A DNA stretch of 24,000 bases from Chloroflexota bacterium (GCA_038109085.1 JAYNIL010000005.1:11869-35868); one strand, 5' to 3'; positions 7,996 to 15,098 are shown, counted from the first letter of the stretch. A program made the numbers and translations. The notes: generated by a model from the sequence alone, not told the origin.

Positions 7996-8688
7996 ATGGC
8001 CATCTCCGGACAGGCGGTGTGGCTGGGCGTGGGCGTGGACTACGCGTCTGCCCTGGCACTGCAGCACAGCCTCTGCGCCGACCGCGCCGAGGGGCGCACC
8101 TCCGACACCCTGCTGCTGCTGGAGCATGCGCCCGTCTACACCGCGGGGCGTCGCTCGTTGGACGAGCACGTCCTGGGTGCGCTCCCCGCGCCACTGGTGG
8201 AGAGCGATAGGGGTGGGCAGACCACCTACCACGGCCCCGGCCAGCTGGTCGGCTACCCCATCCTTGCGCTCACGGGCCTGGGCATGGGCCCACGCGCCTA
8301 TGTGCGGGCGCTGGAGGGCGCGCTCATCGCCGCTCTGGCGGGATGGGGCGTGCAGGCCTGGCGCGAGGAGGGGCTCACCGGGGTCTGGACGGACGGGGGG
8401 AAGATAGCCGCCATGGGCGTGCGGGTGAGCAGGGGGGTGGCGATGCACGGCTTCGCTCTCAACGTCACCACGGACCTGGGTGCCTATGGTCCAATCATCC
8501 CCTGCGGTATCGCCGACCGGCCCGTCACCTCGCTGGCGGCGCTCACCGGGGCTCCACCGCCCATGACCACGGTGCGCGCGGGCGTGACGGCGCACCTGGG
8601 CGAGGCGTTGGGCATCGCGTGGGCCGAGCGCGAACCGGGCGCGGTAGGTTGGCCGCGCGGGGACGGAGTGGCCCGGAACCCGCGCTGA
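7996..8688 (+). CDS. lipB: Octanoyltransferase (lipoyl(octanoyl) transferase) LipB
   Basis: 230-aa ORF with LLLLEHAPVYTAGRR, GGQTTYHGPGQLVGYPIL, KIAAMGVRVSRGVAMHGFALNV and IIPCGI. The start lies 3 nt after the purH-like stop. Confidence 0.9.
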   Translation: MAISGQAVWLGVGVDYASALALQHSLCADRAEGRTSDTLLLLEHAPVYTAGRRSLDEHVLGALPAPLVESDRGGQTTYHGPGQLVGYPILALTGLGMGPRAYVRALEGALIAALAGWGVQAWREEGLTGVWTDGGKIAAMGVRVSRGVAMHGFALNVTTDLGAYGPIIPCGIADRPVTSLAALTGAPPPMTTVRAGVTAHLGEALGIAWAEREPGAVGWPRGDGVARNPR

Positions 8689-8694
8689 GCATTA

Positions 8695-8723
8695 TTGCAC
8701 TGTGAGGTTTGCCTTCCTAGAAT
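8695..8723 (+). promoter_or_regulatory. Sigma70-like promoter TTGCAC-N17-TAGAAT
   Basis: TTGCAC is at 8695-8700 and TAGAAT at 8718-8723, with exactly 17-nt spacing. It is followed by the GGAGGGGG SD and ATG 8751. Confidence 0.45.
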
Positions 8724-8750
8724 CGGTCCCGACCAACGCAGGAGGGGGCC

Positions 8751-9452
8751 ATGCCCGCCGTCCGCGAACTCCTTGAGCTCCAGGGTATCGACGTTGAGCT
8801 GGCCGCCGGGCGCAGGCGCCTGGCGCAGATCGCCGAGGCGCTCGCCGATGACCAGGAGGTGCGCGCGCTTCGCGCCGAGGCGGTGCGCCTCACCAAGGCA
8901 GCCGAGGGCGTGGACGGGCGCCAGAAGGAGCAGGAGGAGGCCATCGCTTCCCTCTCGGCGCGCATCGAGGCGGCTGAGACCAGGCTGTTCGGCGGCACCG
9001 TCACAAGTCCCCGCGAGCTCACGGACCTGCAGACCGACATCGCCATGCTCCAGCGCCAGCGCGGCGAGCACGAGGACGTGCTGCTGACGGTGCTGGAGGA
9101 GGCCGAGGCGGCCCAGAAGGCGCGCCGGCGAGCAATGGGCACTTACAAGAAGGCCAATACCGAGCGCGAGGCGCAGACCGAGACGCTCCGGGACGAGCAA
9201 TCAGCACTCCAGGCCACGTTGGCGGGTCAGGAGGCGGCGCGGGCTACATGCACCGCCGCTCTCCCGCCCGCAGAGCTGGGCCTGTACGAGCAGGCGCGCA
9301 AGGCCAACGGCGTGCGCGGGGCCGCCCGCATGCGCAACGGCACCTGTGAGAACTGTCGCGTCGGCCTGCCCACCCGCCTGGCCCAGGAGGTACGCACCTC
9401 CCCCAATCCCGTCCGCTGCCCCTCTTGCGGGCTGATTCTGCTGGACGCCTGA
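8751..9452 (+). CDS. COG1579-type coiled-coil protein with C-terminal C4 zinc ribbon
   Basis: 233-aa ORF. Contains a long Ala/Glu/Arg/Gln-rich coiled coil, then CENCRVGLP...CPSCGLIL (CxxC-N21-CxxC). Confidence 0.8.
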   Translation: MPAVRELLELQGIDVELAAGRRRLAQIAEALADDQEVRALRAEAVRLTKAAEGVDGRQKEQEEAIASLSARIEAAETRLFGGTVTSPRELTDLQTDIAMLQRQRGEHEDVLLTVLEEAEAAQKARRRAMGTYKKANTEREAQTETLRDEQSALQATLAGQEAARATCTAALPPAELGLYEQARKANGVRGAARMRNGTCENCRVGLPTRLAQEVRTSPNPVRCPSCGLILLDA

Positions 9453-10834
9453 TGCGCGCCCTTGGCTACTTCACCATCGAGCAGGGGCCGGAAACGGGCC
9501 CGCGCGGGGCCAAGACCCTCGCGAATGCCTTCCAGCGCTATTGCGGCGAGGAGCGCCACCAGCCCATCGCCACCTACCACGACGTGGACGGCTCCGACGC
9601 ACGCCCGCGCTGGACTGAGATGGTGGAGGGGATCCGCGCCAAGGGTGCGGGTTACCTGGTGGTGGTGCCCCATGCCGGGCACCTGGGTAAGTCCCTGGAG
9701 GAGCAGGTGGGCCGGGTTCTGGAGCTGGACCGGCTCAACTGCTCGGTGGCCTGCACCGATGCGGAGTGGCCCGACCCGCTCCAGAATGCGCTGCACCTGC
9801 ACGACACGGGTTCGGCGTCCTCGCGCCGTGGCGAGCGCATCCGCCAGGCGATGCGGGCCAAGGCGGCCAATGGGCTGGGTCTCGGCAAGCCGCCCTACGG
9901 CTACCGGCTGCTGTGGGACGGGTCGTTTGCCGTGGTGCCCCAGGAGGCCGAGGTGGTGCGGGAGATATTCCGCCTCTACGGCGAGGAGGACGGCGGCGGC
10001 GTGCGAGCCATCGCCCAGGAGCTGAACCGCCGTGGTCTGCGCACCCGATCGGGCAGGGCGTGGAGCATGGTCACCGTGCGCGACCTGCTGCGCAACACTG
10101 CCTACATCGGAACGTACCGCCGCTTCGGCCTGCGCATTCCCTCAACCTACCAGGCGCTGCTGAGCCCCGCCGAGTTCCGCAAGGTGCAGGACCGCATGGA
10201 CGCGCGTAGCCCCGGCCGCCGGCACGCCAAGGCTGAGCCGTTCCTGCTCTCTGGGCTGCTGTATTGCGGGCACTGCGGCCAGCGCATGCTGGGTGTGGTG
10301 CGCCGCCAGAGCTGGCAGCGCAAGGGGTTCGGGCGGGTGCGGGGTGAGTACCGCTACTACCAGTGCCAATCGCGCATCAACCTGGGCAAGTGCGCCTACC
10401 GCACCACCCGCGCTGCGCCGCTGGAGGAGACGGTGCTCTCCCAGGTGCGCGAGCTGATGCCCGAGGAGCGAGCGCTGGAGGCCTCGGACGGGCAGGGGCT
10501 CGCCGCCGACGGCATGGCCAAGGCGGACGCACGGCTGCGCTCGTTGGACAAGCGCGCCGTTGAGCTGGTGCGCCAGGCCGCCACGGGCGCAGCGCCACTG
10601 GCTCAGCTACGCGCTGGCCTGTTGGGCGTTGAGCAGGAGCGCCGTGCCCAGCGCACGCGCCAACAGCGCATGGCGGCGGGCGAGAACGGCGTGCGCGCCC
10701 TTATGGAGGAGCAGCGCGACAAGCTCCACTACCTGTGGGAAGACATGGACGTCGCCGAGCGCCAGGAGGCCCTGCGCACCCTGGTGGAGAAGGTCGTGGT
10801 GAAGGACGGTGCAGCACGGGTGGTGCTGCGCTAG
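9452..10834 (+). CDS. Large serine recombinase homolog (resolvase-like + recombinase + zinc-ribbon + coiled-coil) with substituted catalytic residues
   Basis: ORF 9425..10834. The likely start is ATG 9452, overlapping the upstream TGA (TGATG). The recombinase domain (GKPPYGYRL...VVREIFRLY...AIAQELNRRGLRTRSGRAWSMVTVRDLLRNTAYIGTY) and zinc ribbon (LLYCGHCGQRM...YRYYQCQSR...GKCAYR) are clear. The N-terminal domain reads MRALGYFTIEQG and AGHLGK where YxRVSTxxQ and DRLSR are expected. Confidence 0.8.
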   Translation: MRALGYFTIEQGPETGPRGAKTLANAFQRYCGEERHQPIATYHDVDGSDARPRWTEMVEGIRAKGAGYLVVVPHAGHLGKSLEEQVGRVLELDRLNCSVACTDAEWPDPLQNALHLHDTGSASSRRGERIRQAMRAKAANGLGLGKPPYGYRLLWDGSFAVVPQEAEVVREIFRLYGEEDGGGVRAIAQELNRRGLRTRSGRAWSMVTVRDLLRNTAYIGTYRRFGLRIPSTYQALLSPAEFRKVQDRMDARSPGRRHAKAEPFLLSGLLYCGHCGQRMLGVVRRQSWQRKGFGRVRGEYRYYQCQSRINLGKCAYRTTRAAPLEETVLSQVRELMPEERALEASDGQGLAADGMAKADARLRSLDKRAVELVRQAATGAAPLAQLRAGLLGVEQERRAQRTRQQRMAAGENGVRALMEEQRDKLHYLWEDMDVAERQEALRTLVEKVVVKDGAARVVLR

Positions 10835-10862
10835 TCCTTTCCCCGTTGCTCTCCGGCCTATC

Positions 10863-10868
10863 TATAAT
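10863..10868 (+). promoter_or_regulatory. TATAAT -10 box for rnpB
   Basis: A perfect TATAAT ends 7 nt upstream of the first base (10875) that can pair in helix P1. No convincing -35 element was found. Confidence 0.4.
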
Positions 10869-10874
10869 GGAAGG

Positions 10875-11262
10875 GCGCCGAGACCCCCGGGCGGTCGCCG
10901 CCGCGCTTCGGCGCGGGGGAGGAAAGTCCGGGCTCCACAGGGCACGGTGCTGGCCAACCGCCAGGCGTCGCGAGGCGACGGACAGTGCCACAGAGACGAG
11001 AGCGCCTATGGCCCTACGGGGCACAGGCAAGGGTGAAAAGGTGCGGTAAGAGCGCACCAGGCCCTCTGGCGACAGGGGGTGCTGGAAAACCCCACCGGGA
11101 GCAAGGCCAAATAGGGGGACACCGGCTCCGGCCGGAGCGGCGGCCCGTCCGCGTCCCCGGGTAGGCTGCTTGAGCCCGCTGGCAACGGCGGGCCTAGAGA
11201 GATGACCGCCCCCTCGGTGCGCCGAGGGACAGGACCCGGCTTATAGGGGGTCTCGACGCACG
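10875..11262 (+). ncRNA. rnpB: RNase P RNA, bacterial type A
   Basis: Contains the universally conserved blocks GGAGGAAAGTCCGGGCTCCACAGGGCA, ACAGTGCCACAGAGA, GGCAAGGGTGAAAAGGTGCGGTAAGAGCGCACC, GGGAGCAAGGCCAAATAGGGGG, CCCGGGTAGGCTGCTTGAGCC and ACAGGACCCGGCTTATAG. Helix P1 pairs 10875-10888 with 11246-11259 (13 of 14 bp). Confidence 0.95.
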
Positions 11263-11263
11263 T

Positions 11264-11291
11264 AGCGGCGCAGCCTTATGGCTGCGCCGCT
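11264..11291. terminator. Perfect 12-bp hairpin (AGCGGCGCAGCC-TTAT-GGCTGCGCCGCT) between convergent rnpB and the metE-like gene
   Basis: Read directly from the sequence. It lies 2 nt after the rnpB 3' end and 18 nt after the metE-like stop. There is no U-tract on either strand, so it may act bidirectionally or be Rho-assisted. Confidence 0.5.
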
Positions 11292-11309
11292 GGCGTGAGG
11301 GGCCAATCC

Positions 11310-12347
11310 CTACTCCACACCCAGTTCTGCACGTACCAGCGCGGTGCCCGCCACCAGCGCCTGGAGCTTGCGGAAGGCGACCTCGCGCGGCAGGTACTTC
11401 ATGCCGCAGTCGGGCGCGGGAATCAGGCGCTCTGGCGGCACGTACTTGAGCGCGTTGCGCAGCCGTCCCGCCACGGTCTCCGGCGTTTCCGGCGTCAGGT
11501 CGTTCAGGTCCAGGACGCCCAGGATGATGGTCTTCTCGCCCAGCTCGCGCATGATGGACAGATCCAGTCCCGACTGGGCTGACTCGATGGCTATCTGCTG
11601 CACGTTGGCCTCGGCCAGCTCCGGCAGGAACGAGTAGCCGGAGGGGCGCTCGTGGACGATGTGCGCGTAGCCGAAGCACAGGTGCACCGCAGTGGTGCCC
11701 TGCACGCCCTCCAGCGCCCGGTTGAGCGCCTTTACGGCATACTCGCGCGCCTTGTCCGGCCGCGCCTGCATGTAAGGCTCGTCCAGCTGCACCACGTCGG
11801 CGCCCGCCGCGAACAGGTCGCGCATCTCCTGGTTCACGGCCTCGGCGTAGTCCATGGCCGCGGCCTCGTCGCTGTCGTAGTGGTCGTTCTGCGCCTGCTG
11901 GGTCATGGTGAAGGGGCCCGGCAGCGTGATCTTCACCTGCCGGTCGGTGTTGGCCCGCAGGAAGCGCACGTCCTCCACCTCGCGGGGTGCGATGCGGCGT
12001 ATGGGCCCGCTGATGCGCGGGACGGGATTAGGGTGTCCGGTGCGGTCCAGCGCCGTGCCGGGGTTCTTCACGTCGACACCGTCGAGGGAGTTGGAGAAGC
12101 GGTTGGAGTAGCTCTCCCGGCGCTGCTCGCCGTCGCTGATTATGTCCACCCCCGCGCGCTCCATGTCGCGTATCGCCAGGAGGGTGGCGTCGTCCTGCGC
12201 CTGCGCCAGCCATTCGGGCGCCACGCGCCACAGTTCGCTCGCCCCCACGCGGGGCGGCAGGCGCTTGCCCAGGGCCGCACGGTCCACCAGCCACTCCGGC
12301 TGGGGGTAGGAACCGACCACCGTCGTGGGCAGGAGCCGCTCGGCCAT
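11310..12347 (-). CDS. Cobalamin-independent methionine synthase family protein, short (MetE C-terminal-domain-only) form
   Basis: ORF 11310..12461. The preferred start is ATG 12347 (GGAGGTG SD, 5-nt spacer), giving MAERLLPTTVVGSYPQPEWL... Zn-ligand contexts VHLCFGY and PDCGMK are present. Stop is TAG. Confidence 0.85.
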   Translation of the reverse strand: MAERLLPTTVVGSYPQPEWLVDRAALGKRLPPRVGASELWRVAPEWLAQAQDDATLLAIRDMERAGVDIISDGEQRRESYSNRFSNSLDGVDVKNPGTALDRTGHPNPVPRISGPIRRIAPREVEDVRFLRANTDRQVKITLPGPFTMTQQAQNDHYDSDEAAAMDYAEAVNQEMRDLFAAGADVVQLDEPYMQARPDKAREYAVKALNRALEGVQGTTAVHLCFGYAHIVHERPSGYSFLPELAEANVQQIAIESAQSGLDLSIMRELGEKTIILGVLDLNDLTPETPETVAGRLRNALKYVPPERLIPAPDCGMKYLPREVAFRKLQALVAGTALVRAELGVE

Positions 12348-12424
12348 CAGCGCACCTCCGGCGGGGGCACTAGGCCTTCCCGCTCTCTCGCATGAACCAT
12401 ACACGCAGCGGGGCCCACGCAGCA

Positions 12425-12533
12425 TGAGGCCCGCAGGCACACCGCGGAGAGCAGGGGCCACCGCCCACCCACATCCCTCATCGAGGCGGGCGGTGGCAGG
12501 GGAAAGGTGTCGCGGGGCGCGCTGCGGGCCTCA
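12425..12533 (-). other. Structured intergenic RNA element: 12-bp long-range helix enclosing a 12-bp hairpin
   Basis: On the minus-strand transcript, UGAGGCCCGCAG (12533-12522, including the heliorhodopsin TGA) is perfectly complementary to CUGCGGGCCUCA (12436-12425). Inside it, CCACCGCCCGCC (12496-12485) pairs with GGUGGGCGGUGG (12469-12458). That pairing has one G-U on this strand, which would be an A-C mismatch on the other strand. Confidence 0.35.
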
Positions 12534-13304
12534 GCCCGTCGGGGCCAGCGTTGCCCCGAAAACCTGCCAGGCCAGCGCCGACTTGGCGGTGAGGCTCAGG
12601 AGGATGTAGGTGGACTCACCGAACAGGTAGGAGCGCCACGGCCCAACCCGCCGGTACTGGAGCACCATGTTCACCGCGAAGGCGTTGAAGAAGGCGAAGA
12701 GCGAGAAGAAGATCGCGTACACGAAGGCCGGAGGCTCCGCCGCCACGCCAGGGCTCCACAGGTAGATGGCGATGGCGGCCCACGGCGCCGCGCCCACCAG
12801 CACGCCGAAGTTATAGGAGAGCCAGCGCGGACGTCCGGGCGACTCGTAGTGCTCCATCAGCAGGCCAAACAGGATCATCCCTGCGTTGGCGGCCCCCAGG
12901 CCCACCAGCGCGGCCACATCGCCGATGCCCGTGAGCAGAGCGATGAGCAGCACCATGAGCGTGGAGCTCACGGAGTACTCGATCCAGCGCGCGTAGTTGC
13001 GGCCCTTGGCCAGGTTCCCGGTGTACCAGCCGAACACCCCCGGCAGCACCAGCACCGCGTGGGCGGCGGCGGAGAGCAGCAGGAAGCCCGCCACGCCCCA
13101 CGCCAGCGAGGCATCGAACAGGTGCGTCACGGTGGGCTCCCCCACGCCGGGCGGGCCGCTCATGAAGGTGGCGAACACCGGTAGGGTGAACTCCGTCGCC
13201 AGGGCGAGCACCACCACGGCCTGGGCCAGGTGGAACGCGCCCATCACCCCGTTATACAGGCGCAGGCGCCCCTGGGCCCGCTGCGTTATCGTCGTGGCGG
13301 TCAT
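12531..13304 (-). CDS. Heliorhodopsin (7-TM retinal protein)
   Basis: ORF 12531..13370. The preferred start is ATG 13304 (GAGGAGGA SD, 6-nt spacer), giving 257 aa. It aligns along its full length with heliorhodopsin 48C12 as I recall it. Matching segments are LYNGVMGAFHLAQAVVVLALATEFTLP, SGPPG, ARWIEYSVSSTLMVLLIALLTGIGDVAALVGLGAANAGMILFG, FVYAIFFSLFAFFNAFAV and YILLSLTAKSALAWQVFGATL (Schiff-base Lys). Confidence 0.9.
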   Translation of the reverse strand: MTATTITQRAQGRLRLYNGVMGAFHLAQAVVVLALATEFTLPVFATFMSGPPGVGEPTVTHLFDASLAWGVAGFLLLSAAAHAVLVLPGVFGWYTGNLAKGRNYARWIEYSVSSTLMVLLIALLTGIGDVAALVGLGAANAGMILFGLLMEHYESPGRPRWLSYNFGVLVGAAPWAAIAIYLWSPGVAAEPPAFVYAIFFSLFAFFNAFAVNMVLQYRRVGPWRSYLFGESTYILLSLTAKSALAWQVFGATLAPTG

Positions 13305-13366
13305 CCTCGTCCTCCTCGTTCTCACGCCCATCGCGTTCATCGTACCGACCAGCGGCCAAGCTGCCC

Positions 13367-14839
13367 TCATGGGGCAACTTGAGCATCGTCAACCCCTGCA
13401 GCAGCATCAATCTCCTCCGCCCGGCGCACCAGTGAGTGCGCCATGCCGTTGAATACGAATCGGTGCACACCGAGCAGCACAGCCCAGTAAACAACTCCGG
13501 ACAGACCTTTCGGAGCCCACCAAGAACGCTGGCGCAGCACCGACCCGCCGTCCGGGCCCCGCTCAACCTCCATTTCCAACCACGCCTCGCCGGGCAGGCG
13601 CATCTCGGCGCGCAACCGCAGCAATCGGCCCGGCTGGACGGCCTCCACGCGCCAGAAGTCCAGCTGTGCGCCGGGCTCGAGGGCAGGGCGGGGGTGGCTT
13701 GTGCGTCGCAGACCCGGCCCGCCCACCAGCCGGTCCAGGGCCCCGCGTAGCCGCCAGCCAAAATCCCAGTACCAGCCGTTGGCACCGCCTACTGAGGCGA
13801 TGGCTTCGAATAGCCGCTCCGGCGGGGCCATGCAGCGCATCGAGCGGTGCTCCACTATCAGCCCGCGGGAGGACTGGGTGCGCAAGGTAAGCGCACCCAG
13901 GGCTGGCATTGGCTCGCTAGCCCCGAAGGCCGGAGGCCGCAGCCCGTCCAGCGCCACCTGCACCGCCTCCTCGTACCCCAGGGGCCGCACGCTGGGGAAG
14001 AGCGCTGCCGTGTCATTGGGTTCGCGCACCACCACCTCGTTCCGCAGCCCCTCTACGATGTGTTTGGCGAACCCGGCGCGCAGGGGTGTGACCAGCCGCA
14101 CCCAGTAGGAGGAAAGGCGCGGGGTCAGTACCGGCACCCGCACCATCCGCCGGCGGAGCCCGCGCACGCTAGCATAGCGGGTCATCATCTCACCATATGT
14201 GAGCACCTCACTGCCGCCCACCTCCACCACGCGGTGCCCCGCGAAAGAGACATCCATACCCTTGACCAGGTAGGTGAGCATGTCGTCGAGGCCGATGGGC
14301 TGGACCCGTGTGTAGACCCAGCGGGGACACACCATGACGGGCACCCTTTCAGTCAGGTAGCGCACCATCTCGAAAGGCAGCGAGCCTGCGCCGACCACGG
14401 GGCCCGCTCGCAGCTCCAGCACCGGCACGCCCGCCTCGGCGAGCGCCTCGCCCGTCTCGTGACGAGACCGCAGATGCGGGCTGAGCGAGGGGCCGGGGGC
14501 TCCCAGAGCGCTCAGATACACGATGCGGCTAACCCCCGTGGTGGCAGCGGCCGTGGCGAAGGAGCGGGCCGCGTCCAGGTCCCGTTGGTGAAAATCGCTC
14601 GCCCCGGCGCCCATGCTGTGCACCAGGTAGTAGGCCGCGTCTATTCCCTCCAGAGCGCGTGCCACCGTCGCCGCCTCGCGGACGTCACCTTGGTGCACTT
14701 GCACCTGTGAGCCCCAGGGTGCGTGCACCAGGCCGGAGGGGTCACGGGTGATCACGCTCACCTCATGCCCCGCTTCCAGCAGCAGCGGCGTCAGCTTCCC
14801 GCCTACGTAGCCCGTTGCGCCCGTCACTAGAACCCGCAT
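13367..14839 (-). CDS. Atypical SDR (NAD(P)H-binding, NmrA/epimerase-like) fused to a C-terminal DUF2867 domain
   Basis: 490-aa ORF. N-terminus is MRVLVTGATGYVGGKL (Rossmann GxxGxxG). C-terminus has GANGWYWDFGWRLRGALDRLVGGPGLRR...DFWRVEAV...LRAEMRLPGEAWLEMEV, typical of DUF2867. SD AAAGGTGA lies 7 nt upstream. Its TGA overlaps an upstream in-frame ATG of the heliorhodopsin ORF (ATGA at 13367-13370). Confidence 0.85.
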   Translation of the reverse strand: MRVLVTGATGYVGGKLTPLLLEAGHEVSVITRDPSGLVHAPWGSQVQVHQGDVREAATVARALEGIDAAYYLVHSMGAGASDFHQRDLDAARSFATAAATTGVSRIVYLSALGAPGPSLSPHLRSRHETGEALAEAGVPVLELRAGPVVGAGSLPFEMVRYLTERVPVMVCPRWVYTRVQPIGLDDMLTYLVKGMDVSFAGHRVVEVGGSEVLTYGEMMTRYASVRGLRRRMVRVPVLTPRLSSYWVRLVTPLRAGFAKHIVEGLRNEVVVREPNDTAALFPSVRPLGYEEAVQVALDGLRPPAFGASEPMPALGALTLRTQSSRGLIVEHRSMRCMAPPERLFEAIASVGGANGWYWDFGWRLRGALDRLVGGPGLRRTSHPRPALEPGAQLDFWRVEAVQPGRLLRLRAEMRLPGEAWLEMEVERGPDGGSVLRQRSWWAPKGLSGVVYWAVLLGVHRFVFNGMAHSLVRRAEEIDAAAGVDDAQVAP

Positions 14840-14939
14840 GGATAGGTCACCTTTCGTCCGGACCTGGCACCCGTCGTGGCCGGTGCCAGCCTCAACTCAT
14901 GTCTGCATGGTATACGTGGGGCGTTGGGCCCTTTCGGGT

Positions 14940-15098
14940 CCCAATAAATCCGAAGATCAACTACGCAGCGAGGCTATGCCCTCAGGAGAATGTTATCCAA
15001 GCTGGTTTGTTCGCATTGATGTGTTTTGATTGAAACAAATAGGAATTATGTGTATAAAAAAATCCACAGTCAAGTCCTGGGCGTCGTAAGGAGTCAAC
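14940..15098. promoter_or_regulatory. AT-rich divergent control region between the SDR-DUF2867/heliorhodopsin operon and the B12-XRE regulator
   Basis: This is by far the most AT-rich stretch of the window. It contains inverted repeats TGTTT-N6-AAACA (15022-15037) and TTTGTT...AACAAA (15006-15011 / 15034-15039), and ATGTGT twice (15019-15024, 15048-15053). A weak minus-strand promoter candidate is TTGGAT-N18-TAGCCT (15000-14971). Confidence 0.45.
15030..15058 (+). promoter_or_regulatory. Strong sigma70-like promoter TTGAAA-N17-TATAAA for the B12-XRE regulator
   Basis: TTGAAA is at 15030-15035 and TATAAA at 15053-15058, with exactly 17-nt spacing. It is followed ~30 nt later by AAGGAG (15088-15093) and ATG 15099. 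The TGTTT-N6-AAACA inverted repeat overlaps the -35 element. Confidence 0.55.

Noticed and set aside
9452-11262. Recombinase gene as a marker of a prophage or integrative element inserted at rnpB
   Set aside because: No att-like duplication of rnpB sequence, no phage or cargo genes, host-like codon bias, overlap-coupled to the upstream chromosomal gene, and catalytic residues absent.
12348-12530. Known riboswitch (SAM-I/II/IV, SAH or cobalamin) upstream of the MetE-like gene
   Set aside because: I could not find the diagnostic cores by eye: no GCAACC/GGUGCC pairing of SAM-I/IV and no GCCACUG B12 box. GGGAAGGC and GAGGGA occur but out of context. The element is reported only as an unclassified structured element; cmscan would be decisive.
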